From Acidobacteriota bacterium (GTDB lineage: Bacteria > Acidobacteriota > UBA890 > WLXD01): 64,000 bases of DNA. Below the pieces are notes generated by a model. It was not told the origin of the DNA. It saw only the letters and a program-made list of their open reading frames with translations, and did no database searches. The translations under genes and the position numbers were made by a program. This document shows positions 51,409 through 61,312 of the stretch, in pieces (position 1 is the first letter of the stretch; every line of letters begins with the position of its first letter). The DNA is taken from contig CAXWPH010000002.1 in NCBI GenBank assembly GCA_963666055.2, positions 344,266 through 408,265 of the forward strand, in the 5' to 3' direction.

Positions 51409-54400
51409 CCCAGCCGCGTCGGCTGGCCCAGGGCGGTCGCATCGATCGCGAGAGGCCCATCTCGTTCACCTTCAACGGTCGAGTCTATGGGGGGTATGAA
51501 GGCGACACGTTGGCCTCGGCGTTGCTGGCCAACGGGGTCGGCATCGTCGGTCGCAGCTTCAAATACCATCGTCCCCGCGGCATCGTCGGAAGCGGTGCCG
51601 AGGAGCCGAACGCGGTCGTTCAGCTGGGCAGCGGCGCGAGCACGCTTCCGAACCACCTCGCCACACAGGTCGAACTCCATGAAGGCCTCCGTGCCGCCAG
51701 CGTGAACTGCTGGCCGAGCGTCGAGTACGACGTCCATGCCGTGATCGGCCTCTTCTCCCGCCTCTTGCCGGCCGGCTTCTACTACAAGACCTTCATGCGA
51801 CCGAAACGCATGTGGAGGACGTACGAGCACCTGATTCGACGAATGGCCGGCCTGGGGCTTTCGCCGCAGGAGCCGGACCCCGATCGCTACGACAAGGTCA
51901 ACGCTCATTGTGAGGTGCTGGTGGTGGGCGCCGGCCCCGCCGGCCTCGCCGCAGCGCTGGCAGCCGGTAGTACGGGCGCGCGGGTCATCCTCGCCGACGA
52001 GCAGTCGGAGCTCGGTGGCGGCCTGCTGAGCGGTCGCCAGCTCATCGATGGCGTCCCTGGTATGGAATGGGCGACGGCGGTGATAGAAAGGTTGCGCGGG
52101 ATGGCGGAGGTTCGCCTGCTGCCGCGCAGCACGGCCTTCGGGTTCTACGACGAGGGCTTCGTGGCGATCCTCGAGCGGTCGAGCGACGGCCTCGTGGATG
52201 GCGACCCGACTCGGCCGCGTGAAAGGCTCTGGCGGGTGCGCGCCAAGCAGGTCGTCCTCGCCGCGGGTGCGATCGAGCGCCCTCTCGTCTTCCCCAACAA
52301 CGACCGGCCAGGAAACATGCTGGCGTCGGCGGCATCGACCTACTTGAACCGGTATGCCGTCGCGTCGGGCTCGCGGGCCGTCGTCTTCACCAACAACGAC
52401 GGCGCCTATCGGACGGCGTTGGATCTCGCCCGCGCCGACATTCCGGTGGCCGCGGTCATCGACGTTCGGCTGCAACCGGGTGGTGATCTACCGGCCCGGA
52501 CGAGGCGGCGGGGCATCGAGGTGATCGGTGGTCACGTCATCGTCGATGTGCGAGGCAAGAAACGCGTCAGGGGCGTCGACATCATGCGCCTGAATGCGAA
52601 GGCGGACGGGGTGGAAGGAGACGCCCGAAAGATTCGCTGCGATCTGGTTGCGGTTTCCGGTGGCTGGACTCCAACGGTTCACCTGCACTCGCAATCGGGC
52701 GGCAGGGCGCGCTGGCATGAGGAGAAGGCCTGTTTCGTGCCGGGCGAGTCGGTCCAGGCCGAACGCTCGGCCGGCGCCTGTAATGGCACCTTCACACTGC
52801 GTGGGTGCCTGCGGGAGGGCTTTGCCGCGGGCGCCGCGGCGGCCGAGGCCGCTGGTTTTGCCCGCGGCCCCGAGGCGAAGGTCCCCGCCACCGCCGACGA
52901 AGTGGAAGAGCAACCGATACCCATGTGGCTGGTGCCATCGCGCCTTCCGATCGCCCGCGAGCACAAGCAGTTCGTCGACTTGCAGGAGGACGTCTCCGCA
53001 GCGGACATCGTGTTGGCCGTGCGGGAAGGGTTCGATTCGGTCGAGCTCGTCAAGCGATACACGACGCTTGGGATGGGCACGGATCAGGGCAAGCTCTCCA
53101 GCATCAACGCCATGGGGATCCTGGCCCAAGCCCTGGGGGTGGACATCCCTTCCGTTGGCACCACCAAGTTCCGGCCGGCGTACACCCCGATCAGCTTCGG
53201 TGCACTGGCGGGCCGTGATCAGGGGCCCCTGTTCGATCCGGTACGCAAAACGGCGCTCTATCAGTGGCACGTCGAGGCCGGCGCCGAGTTTGAGGACGTC
53301 GGGCAGTGGAAGCGACCCTGGTACTACCCGCGCCCCGGCGAGTCGATGCACGATGCGGTGAATCGGGAGTGCCTCGCGGCGCGCAACGGCGTGTGCCTCG
53401 TCGATCAGTCCACCCTTGGCAAGATCGACGTTCGGGGTGCGGACGCCGCCGAGCTCTTCAATCGGGTGTACACCAACGATTGGAGCAACCTGGCGGTCGG
53501 TCGCTGCCGCTACGGTCTCATGCTGGGCGAGGACGGCATGGTCATGGACGATGGCGTCACGGCTCGGCTCGCCGAGGACCATTACCTGATGCACACGACG
53601 ACCGGCGGGGCGGCGTCGGTAATGGCCTGGCTGGAGCGTTGGCTGCAGACGGAATGGCCGGAGCTGAAGGTCTATCTGACCTCGGTGACGGACCACTGGG
53701 CCAACATCGCGGTCGTGGGACCGCATAGCCGCAGCGTGATCGCCAAGCTGTGCGATGATATCGATTTTTCGCGCGCGGCCTTTCCCTTCATGGCGGTTCG
53801 GGACGGCACGGTGGCGGGCGTGCCGGCGCGGGTCTGTCGCATCAGCTTCAGCGGTGAGCTCACCTACGAGGTCAACGTCTCGGCTAACTACGCACGGACC
53901 GTCTGGGAGACGCTCCTGGAAGCCGGACGACAGCATGACATAATGCCGTACGGTACCGAGGCCCTGCACATCCTGCGCGCCGAAAAAGGCTACATCGTCG
54001 TGGGGCACGACACGGATGGTTCCGTCAACCCCATGGACCTCGGCATGGAGCGGCTCGTCTCGACGCACAAGGACTTCCTGGGTAGACGCTCGCTCTCGCG
54101 CCCGGATTCCGTTCGCGAGGACCGCAAACAGCTGGTCGGCCTTCTGACCGACGAGCCCGCCGAGGTGTTGCCGGAGGGTGGACAGATCGTCGAGACTGCA
54201 TCGGCTTCGATTCCGACGCCGATGATCGGCCACGTTTCGTCGAGTTATTTCAGCGCCTGTCTCGGCCGCTCGATCGCCCTGGCGCTCATCGTGGGCGGGC
54301 GAGCCCGCATGGGCGAGAGGGTCCACGTGCCGCTATTGGATGGCGGAACCGTCGGGGCGGAGATCGCAAGCCCGGTCTTTTACGATCCGCAGGGAGCCCG

Positions 54401-54413
54401 GCAGGATGTGTGA
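51405..54413 (+). CDS. soxA: Sarcosine oxidase alpha subunit
   Basis: GDTLASALLANG, RSFKYHRPRG, KRYTTLGMGTDQGK, RISFSGEL.YE. Confidence 0.96.
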   Translation: MTQPRRLAQGGRIDRERPISFTFNGRVYGGYEGDTLASALLANGVGIVGRSFKYHRPRGIVGSGAEEPNAVVQLGSGASTLPNHLATQVELHEGLRAASVNCWPSVEYDVHAVIGLFSRLLPAGFYYKTFMRPKRMWRTYEHLIRRMAGLGLSPQEPDPDRYDKVNAHCEVLVVGAGPAGLAAALAAGSTGARVILADEQSELGGGLLSGRQLIDGVPGMEWATAVIERLRGMAEVRLLPRSTAFGFYDEGFVAILERSSDGLVDGDPTRPRERLWRVRAKQVVLAAGAIERPLVFPNNDRPGNMLASAASTYLNRYAVASGSRAVVFTNNDGAYRTALDLARADIPVAAVIDVRLQPGGDLPARTRRRGIEVIGGHVIVDVRGKKRVRGVDIMRLNAKADGVEGDARKIRCDLVAVSGGWTPTVHLHSQSGGRARWHEEKACFVPGESVQAERSAGACNGTFTLRGCLREGFAAGAAAAEAAGFARGPEAKVPATADEVEEQPIPMWLVPSRLPIAREHKQFVDLQEDVSAADIVLAVREGFDSVELVKRYTTLGMGTDQGKLSSINAMGILAQALGVDIPSVGTTKFRPAYTPISFGALAGRDQGPLFDPVRKTALYQWHVEAGAEFEDVGQWKRPWYYPRPGESMHDAVNRECLAARNGVCLVDQSTLGKIDVRGADAAELFNRVYTNDWSNLAVGRCRYGLMLGEDGMVMDDGVTARLAEDHYLMHTTTGGAASVMAWLERWLQTEWPELKVYLTSVTDHWANIAVVGPHSRSVIAKLCDDIDFSRAAFPFMAVRDGTVAGVPARVCRISFSGELTYEVNVSANYARTVWETLLEAGRQHDIMPYGTEALHILRAEKGYIVVGHDTDGSVNPMDLGMERLVSTHKDFLGRRSLSRPDSVREDRKQLVGLLTDEPAEVLPEGGQIVETASASIPTPMIGHVSSSYFSACLGRSIALALIVGGRARMGERVHVPLLDGGTVGAEIASPVFYDPQGARQDV

Positions 54414-54533
54414 AGCGGTCTTCAACGATCGGAGGCAGCCCAACAGGATGTCTGAGGCGGCCTCTGGAGATTGGGAGTGGGCCCGACACAATGTCTGAGG
54501 TGATCTCTTACGATCCGCGGGGAGCCCGGCGAC

Positions 54534-55211
54534 ATGCCTGAGGACGGGATGTTCGGGACGATTCGTCGAGAAACGCCCCTGCACGAGTTCAACGCCGCCG
54601 AGGTCGGCCGAGACCAGGTCGGAGTTTGCGCACCGGTGAACTCAGGTTCCGCAGCAACCCCCGCCGCAGGGGGCGTGCAGCTGCGCGAGCGCCCCTTCCT
54701 CGGCCATCTCAACCTGCGGGGGGATCCAACCGACGAGGCCTTCCGAGGGGCGGTGCGGGAAGTGCTCGGGATCGGCCTGCCGTTGGAGCCGAACAGCGTG
54801 GCGGCAGACCCCGAGGCGACGGCTCTCTGGCTCGGACCGGATGAGTGGCTGCTCCTGACACCGCCGGAGCAGAAAGCCGGCATCGCCCAAGGCCTCGAGG
54901 ACGCCTGCGTCGGCACGTTCGCCGCCGTCACCGACGTGAGCGGGGGCCAGACGGTCATCAACGTCCGGGGTCATCGCGCCCGCGATGTGCTGGGCAAGGG
55001 TAGCCCCGTGGATTTTCATCCGCGCGCTTTCGGCGCTGGCCGCTGCGCCCAGACCCATCTCGCTAAGGCGATGGTGATCGTGGGGCAGCTGGATGAATCG
55101 CCCTCCTTCGATATCATCGTGCGGCGCTCCTTCGCCGACTATCTTGCGCGCTGGCTCAAGGACGCGGCCCGGGAATACGGCGTGCTGGTCGTCGAACCCT
55201 CGAGCGGCTGA
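54534..55211 (+). CDS. soxG: Sarcosine oxidase gamma subunit
   Basis: LWLGPDEWLL, DFHPRAF, VRRSFADYLARWL. Confidence 0.94.
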   Translation: MPEDGMFGTIRRETPLHEFNAAEVGRDQVGVCAPVNSGSAATPAAGGVQLRERPFLGHLNLRGDPTDEAFRGAVREVLGIGLPLEPNSVAADPEATALWLGPDEWLLLTPPEQKAGIAQGLEDACVGTFAAVTDVSGGQTVINVRGHRARDVLGKGSPVDFHPRAFGAGRCAQTHLAKAMVIVGQLDESPSFDIIVRRSFADYLARWLKDAAREYGVLVVEPSSG

Positions 55212-55220
55212 CCACGTCTC

Positions 55221-55292
55221 GTGCCAACCCGGTATGACGCGATCGTCATCGGCGCCGGCCACAACGGGCTGATCTGCGCGCAAACGATCTAG
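55221..55292 (+). pseudogene. N-terminal scrap of a phytoene-dehydrogenase-like FAD oxidoreductase
   Basis: RYDAIVIGAGHNGLICA then stop. Confidence 0.7.
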
Positions 55293-55525
55293 CAGACGGA
55301 CCAGGAGTCGCCCCAGCGCCCCGGCCGCCGGGTGATCGACGGCCTAACGCTGGCTGTCGTCAACGGCGTGCGCCGATCGTGTTGGGACCTACCAGCCGAT
55401 GGGCGGCCGAGATCCCGTCGCACGTGTATCCGCGCGGCTCGTACCGTCGGCGAAGGGCGGGTCCGCGCGCACGGCGATGCCGATGTCCGGCGTGAAAGGC
55501 CGTACATCGTACAGGCCAAGTACCG

Positions 55526-56090
55526 ATGAATAAGCGAGATACATCTGTAGCTGACGCGCCGCGTAGCCAAGGTGTAGCCGCGTCTGGTCCGTCTGGCACT
55601 CACGGCCCGACGACGGAACCGAGTTCGGGGACTGTCGAGTGCTCGGCATGTGGCCATATCGGCGCGCCCTTGGGCAAAGGACAGTGTCCCCGGTGTAGGG
55701 CATGGGTTCGCGGCAACGTTGCGGCCATGACGCACGGGCTGCGGCGGTACGTAGATGTCGGTGTCTTGCCTGATGACCTGCGCTCGTACCTGATCGCCTT
55801 CCGGCGCGAGGTGACCGAGGACCTCGGCGGCGAAGCCGAGCTGAGTCGAGTGCAGCTTGGCCTGGTCGACAACTTGGCGGACTTGGAGGCGGCGCGCCTG
55901 CTGCTGCTGGACTTCGCGCTCCGGCAGGGTACCGACACGAAGCGCGGCAGGGCGGCGCTGAGCGACCACGGCTCTACGGTCGATCGCTGCGGCCGGGTGG
56001 CAAAGATGTTGGGGCTCCGGCGCAAGCGGCGGGAGATAAGCCTCACCGAGGCCCCTCGCCGATGCGCCGGAGGTGGCAGATGGCTAAGCT
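55526..56090 (+). CDS. Phage protein with Zn ribbon, terminase small subunit-like (3' end uncertain)
   Basis: CSAC..CPRC, GNVAAMTHGL, DLGGEAELS..Q, LGLRR; immediately upstream of terL fragments. Confidence 0.5.
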
Positions 56091-57104
56091 GCGTTGGCCC
56101 GCGTTCCTGCGCCGCCTGCGGTGGCTGGACGGCTCGCCCATGTCGGGGCGCGTCGAACCCTACCGATCGCGGATCTTCTCCGCGTTCCTGGACACGTTCG
56201 AGAAAGATGGTCGACCCCGTTACAACCTGATCCTCACGGGTCGGGCGAAGAAAAACTGGAAGTTGGCAGACTTGGCGCTGGCGAGCTTGTTCGCTGGGCG
56301 ACTGGTTGGAACTCAAGCGCGACGCCATCGAGCGCAAGGATGGCCACGGCGTCCTGGAGGTGCTGCCGGCCGGCGACGGTGTGGGCATGCACGGCGTGAG
56401 CTATCGGTTCGTCGGCTACGACGAGATCCACAGTTACCGGAACTGGGATGTCTTCGAGGCGATGCAGCCCGATCCGCACCGGATCGACGCGCAGCAGTGG
56501 GTCACGTCCTACGCCTCGATCTTCCACCGACCCGGCGTGCCGCTGTTCGACTTGTTCCACCAGGCCAAGGTCGGAGACGACCCGAGGATGCTGTTCAGCT
56601 GGTACGCCGCCGACTTCACCACCGACCCCGACCTTGCGGACGCGACACCGGAGGAGCGCGCCAATCCGAGCAAGGACAGCTGGGCGAACCCCGACTACCT
56701 AGCCAAGCAGCAACGCCGCCTCCCCGCTCACAAGTACCGCAGGCTGCATCTGAACCTGCGGACTTCGAGAGGGTCACGAGATCAGCTACGACGTTTCCAA
56801 GTGGACAGCGCACCAGCTATACGAAGCGCTCGAACCGCGCCTGAACGCTCACGAGGTGGTCCTGCTCGACGCGCCGAAGTTAGAGCAGCAGCAGCAGCTC
56901 GGCCTCATGTGGCGAGGCGGCAAGATCGACCACCAAGCAGGGGAGCACGACGACTACTCGAACGCGGCGGCCGGCGTCGTGCAGGTGCTCGCCGCCAGGG
57001 CGAGCTACGTGCCGTTCGAACTGCTGTTCACCGGGTCCTCGGGCGAGATCGCGGAGTTGGATGCCGAGATCGCGCGACTCAAACAGGAGCTGAACCTGAC
57101 ATGA
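56080..57104 (+). pseudogene. Terminase large subunit, internally deleted and frameshifted
   Basis: Walker A-like GRAKKNWK, Walker B VGYDEIH, ANPS, YRRLHLN, nuclease end KIDH..EHDDYSNAAA in three frames. Confidence 0.75.
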
Positions 57105-57422
57105 CTGATCGGCGACGGGCGAGGCCGGAACGACCGCTATCGGATGATCCAGAGGAGAAGCGCTCGGCGGACGACGGGCAACACGAAACGAGATGACGAG
57201 GCCGCGCGCAAACGCGCCCAGCTCGAAGTATTGCGACGCATCCGTGAGGTCGGCTGGTGGTGGCCCGATGGCTCGTGATTCGCATGCGGGCGGTGGACGC
57301 GAACTAGGAGCAGCACCGTTCACGGTTCCTTCGAGGAAGACTGGACGCTCAACGACCAGCCGAAACGGCCTAGGAGCCGGCGGCCGGTGCGCCGCGACTG
57401 AGGGCCCAGAGCTTCCGTACCG

Positions 57423-57819
57423 TCAGGTAATCTGACCCGGAAACGCGTAGTGTCGCTCGCGTCGGTACAGTCCCGGCGCAACGAACATCCAAACCTGGTA
57501 GATGATCACCGGGGACGCGACCAGGAACCCCGACAGCGCGGCGACCTTCAAATAGAGCATGAACGGCTCGGTAAGCGAAAGGTACGCGGGCCGTGCGTCG
57601 CCGGGGAGCAGCTCGACGATCGGCCGGGTCAGAAGGCTGTAGATTTCCGCCGCGAACGCCCAGCACACCACCATCCCGATAGACGAAAGCCACCAAGCTG
57701 ACGACGAGGCGTCGGCGGAGTTCGGTCAGGTGGCCGAGCAACGTCATTTCCGGTAGCGTCTCGCTCCGGCCAGCTCCAGGCTGGTCGTCGGCCACCGTCG
57801 CGCCTTCAGACTCGCTCAC
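57423..57819 (-). pseudogene. tatC: TatC N-terminal part, frameshifted and truncated
   Basis: MTLLGHLTELRRRL, TEPFMLYLKVA, PVIIYQVWMFVAPGLY..ER. Confidence 0.88.
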
Positions 57820-57860
57820 CGCGCGGTTACTCCGACCACTCGTTCAGCCGGTTCACTCGC

Positions 57861-58076
57861 TCAGTCAGTATCGCGAGAACCCGCCTGCTCGCTACGGTGC
57901 TCATCGAGCATGATCTCATCTTCAAGCGAGCGTTTGAGGTCGTTGGAGGCTCGTCGGAATTCACGCAGGCCCTTGCCAATCGTGCGCCCCAGCTCCGGCA
58001 GACGCTTCGGGCCGAACATCACGAGCGCGATCACCAGGATGATGAGGAGCTCTGTACCCCCGATCGAGCCGAACAT
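57861..58076 (-). CDS. tatA: TatA/TatB translocase subunit
   Basis: MFGSIGGTELLIILVIALVMFGPKRLPELGRTIGKGLREF. Confidence 0.88.
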   Translation of the reverse strand: MFGSIGGTELLIILVIALVMFGPKRLPELGRTIGKGLREFRRASNDLKRSLEDEIMLDEHRSEQAGSRDTD

Positions 58077-58179
58077 AATTTCCTCACGACGATTTTTCGA
58101 GACCGGATTAGCGACATCATATTGGCCCTTGGGCTGTAGCGACACTCCCATTACGACCGGCGCTCGCAACGCTCGTCGG

Positions 58180-59260
58180 GGCGTTGGTGCATGGCTCCTG
58201 ATCTCAGTGCATCATCGTGGCAAGGTCCCCGATCTGGAGTTGCCGCCCATGAAGTACCCGAAACGGTGCCAGTACAAGTACGCGAAGTCTCGATATCGGA
58301 TTCGCAATTGGCCTGAGTACGAGGCGGGCCTACAAAGACGAGGCAACGTTACGGTATGGTTTTCCGCCGATGCCCTCGACTCCTGGCGGGCTCCACCCAG
58401 CGGGAAACCCGGTGGCCAACGCACCTACGCGGACATCGCAATCGAGGCAGCTCTCACGATCCGCATGGTCTTCCACCTTCCGCTCCGGCAGACCGAGGGC
58501 TTCCTGCGTTCTCTCGCAGACATGCTGCACGTGGAGATCCCTATTCCCGACCATACGACTCTGTCCCGACGGCTCAAGAAGCTTGGCGAGATCCCGTTTC
58601 GTGCGGTCGCGAGCGATCAACCTATCCACCTGCTCATCGACAGTACGGGGCTCCGAATTCATGTCGGCCATCTGCGCAAGCCACCGAAGCACAGAGCCTG
58701 GCGGAAGCTGCACCTCGCGGTCGACGCGAATACGGGCGAGATCGTTGCCTCGGATCTGACCGGTCGTCGGACGTGTGACTGTGCTCGGGCTTCCGTGCTG
58801 CTCGAACAGATCGACGATCCGGTGGCGTCCATCTCTGCAGATGGTGCCTACGACACCGAGGGGGTCTACGAAGCGGCTCAAGCAAGGGGCGACGGGCGAG
58901 CAGTCAGAGTGGTCATTCCACCTGGACGCAACGCCCGGTTGCGTCCAAGACCGTCGGCTGCATTGAAGGAGAGGAATCGGAACGTCCGCTCCATCAGGAG
59001 ACTTGGCCGACGCGAGTGGCACAAGCGATCCGGCTACAGCAAGCGCGCCATGGTCGAGAACGCGATCTATCGTTACAAGACGATCATCGGCCGAGACATG
59101 CGGAGTCGCGCGTTGGTGGGCCAACGCGTGGAAGTGCGACTTGCGTGCAGGATCCTCAACACGATGACCCGTCTCGGGATGCCCGACAGTTACCGAGTGG
59201 CGTGAACCCCTCTCGGAGGACGGGGAAGCTCCCCTTAGCTCCGAGCCATGCACCAACGCC
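58180..59260 (+). mobile_element. IS5-family element (IS903 group)
   Basis: Perfect 18 bp IR GGCGTTGGTGCATGGCTC; no flanking target duplication. Confidence 0.92.
58249..59205 (+). CDS. IS903-group transposase
   Basis: YRIRNWPEYEAGLQRRG, LRQTEG, IDSTGL, WRKLHLAVD, ADGAYD, SGYSKRAMVE. Confidence 0.94.
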   Translation: MKYPKRCQYKYAKSRYRIRNWPEYEAGLQRRGNVTVWFSADALDSWRAPPSGKPGGQRTYADIAIEAALTIRMVFHLPLRQTEGFLRSLADMLHVEIPIPDHTTLSRRLKKLGEIPFRAVASDQPIHLLIDSTGLRIHVGHLRKPPKHRAWRKLHLAVDANTGEIVASDLTGRRTCDCARASVLLEQIDDPVASISADGAYDTEGVYEAAQARGDGRAVRVVIPPGRNARLRPRPSAALKERNRNVRSIRRLGRREWHKRSGYSKRAMVENAIYRYKTIIGRDMRSRALVGQRVEVRLACRILNTMTRLGMPDSYRVA

Positions 59261-59262
59261 AC

Positions 59263-61227
59263 TTAGATCCGCGGGAACCAGCCGTGGCGCATCTGCACGA
59301 GCTCTCCGACGGCGCGGTGCGCCTCGTCGAAGGCGGTCTGGGTGAGATCGATCCCCGAGGCATCGGTGTTGGCGATCGTGATCCGCCCGAAGGGCTGACT
59401 GGCGACCTTCCAGGGCTCCTCGCCGGGAGGCGACTCCGGATCGAACAGCGTGTTGGTCGCCAGGGCGTAGCCGTGCGGCCAGCGGTTCACGGTGATCGCC
59501 TCGATGTCGCGCGCCGGGTCGAAACCCGCCGGCGACAGCACCCGCGCCATCTGGTCGCGGATCCGTCGTTCGAAGTCCTCGAAGGATGTCTCCAGGAGCG
59601 CTTGTCGCACCGCTCGCATCTGCTCCCGAACCGGTGTGCCCGGGGGGATCGGCTCGCCGCGGCGTAGGCCGCGAACCATCGGTTCCCAGGAGAGCACCCC
59701 TCCGCCAGCCCCCAGCGAGACGACGATCGGGTCGGCGGGCGTGCGCGGTGGATCGTAAGTCCCGAGCGTGATCGGTGCGCGAGGGCGGATGGCGCTGTAG
59801 AACGAGCCCGGACACGAAACGCTGGAGACGCCGAGCTCCTCGAGTGCCCGCCAGTCGCGCACCAGGACGTTGGTGGACATATTCACGGCGCGTGCGGCGA
59901 GGCTCAGCGCTTCCTTCTGCTCGGATGGAAGCTCGGGACACAGGTGCGGGATCATGGTGTGGTAGCAGGCCAACACACAGCCCTTGCCGCGCACCCGGTA
60001 GGCCTTGCCACCGCGGACGTAGGTGATCTCGGTCTCGCGGGAGTCCGAGCTCAAGACCTGCGGTGGATCGCCGACATGCTGCGCGCGGACGGCGGCGCTG
60101 TTGAGCCGCAGACGCACGGGCGAGCGCGGCTCGTCGAGCTTCGAGTAGTCGGTTCGCCGGAGCTCGACGCTCGCCATCGATCCCGCTGGTAGGGCCGCCG
60201 GGATCAACGAGCGCACGATCATCCGCGCGATGTCGGAGTTGCCGGCCGGGAAGTAGACGTCGGTGGTGTCGTGGTCCGGGTGGGCCGGTGACTCCGGCGG
60301 AACCTCGAAGCCGAGCCCCTGGAAGCCCGGCAGGCCGCGATAGAGGGCGAACCACGCGCTCGAGGTATCGGCGCCCAGACACCAGACCCCACCAACCAGC
60401 GGCAGCACGTCCGGATGCACTTGGACGACATCCAGCAGGTAGTCGCGGTAGCTGATGCGTTGCAGCCGTTCGATCTTCTCCTCGCGGGACAGCCCCGGCA
60501 GATAGTCGCGCCGGTCGTTCCAGAGCCGCAGCAGGTCCCGGCGTATCGGCTCAGTGAGCGGCGTCTTGGCGAGGAACTCCGCCGTGGGTCGGCGGACGCT
60601 GCCGTTGACGAGGACGTCTTTCCCGAAGCTCTCCTTGCCAAAGAAAACGGCTGGCTCCAGCCCCAACTCCCTGAACATCCCTCGATGGACGTTGTTGGTA
60701 GGATGATCCAGCTCGACGCCGATGTCCTCGAGCATCTCCCGCGCCGGCAGCGGATAGCGGTCGGGCGCCACCATGTAAGACGTGCCGCCGGTCACCAGCA
60801 GCACTTGGCCGTCGTGCTCGAACTCGTTGCGCCTGGCGTGGCCGCCAAAGTCGTCGTGGTTCTCGAGAATCAGCACGCGGGCGTCAGGGCTCGTCGCCTT
60901 GCGGAAGAAGTACGCCGCCGCCAGACCGCTGAGGCCGGCGCCGACCACGATCAGGTCGTAGGTCTCGCCGGTGTCCTCGGCGTCATCCCACGTGACGCCG
61001 TCGCGGGCGGCGTGGGCCGCCTCGAACGAACCGGGGTGCGAGCCGCGCATACCGGTACGGGCCGGCGGGTAATAGTCGGCTGCCTTCTCGGGGCCGTGGG
61101 CCTGGCTGACGCCTGCGGCGCGAAGCCTGGCCGGCAAGGCCATCGCACCGCCGACCGCGACGCTCACGCCGTTGACGAAGTCGCGCCGGGTGATATTGCG
61201 GTCCATTCCGAGTCCACGATCGCGCAT
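59263..61227 (-). CDS. Tat-exported FAD oxidoreductase, spermidine dehydrogenase (SpdH)-like
   Basis: ITRRDFVNG, YYPPARTGMRGSHPGSFE, NHDDFGGHARRNEF, ITVNRWPHGYA. Confidence 0.85.
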   Translation of the reverse strand: MRDRGLGMDRNITRRDFVNGVSVAVGGAMALPARLRAAGVSQAHGPEKAADYYPPARTGMRGSHPGSFEAAHAARDGVTWDDAEDTGETYDLIVVGAGLSGLAAAYFFRKATSPDARVLILENHDDFGGHARRNEFEHDGQVLLVTGGTSYMVAPDRYPLPAREMLEDIGVELDHPTNNVHRGMFRELGLEPAVFFGKESFGKDVLVNGSVRRPTAEFLAKTPLTEPIRRDLLRLWNDRRDYLPGLSREEKIERLQRISYRDYLLDVVQVHPDVLPLVGGVWCLGADTSSAWFALYRGLPGFQGLGFEVPPESPAHPDHDTTDVYFPAGNSDIARMIVRSLIPAALPAGSMASVELRRTDYSKLDEPRSPVRLRLNSAAVRAQHVGDPPQVLSSDSRETEITYVRGGKAYRVRGKGCVLACYHTMIPHLCPELPSEQKEALSLAARAVNMSTNVLVRDWRALEELGVSSVSCPGSFYSAIRPRAPITLGTYDPPRTPADPIVVSLGAGGGVLSWEPMVRGLRRGEPIPPGTPVREQMRAVRQALLETSFEDFERRIRDQMARVLSPAGFDPARDIEAITVNRWPHGYALATNTLFDPESPPGEEPWKVASQPFGRITIANTDASGIDLTQTAFDEAHRAVGELVQMRHGWFPRI

Positions 61228-61312
61228 ACCTATTCCTCGAGTACAGGGCGCCCCTTCGGTTGTGAGCTTCAGAGCACGCCTGCGGTGATGGACCAAGCGA
61301 ACGGAGGCCGGC

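Noticed and set aside
52488-54326. Long antisense ORFs (also 33472-34755, 25290-26603, 59156-60382)
   Set aside because: Shadow ORFs of well-supported genes in high-GC DNA; no motifs.
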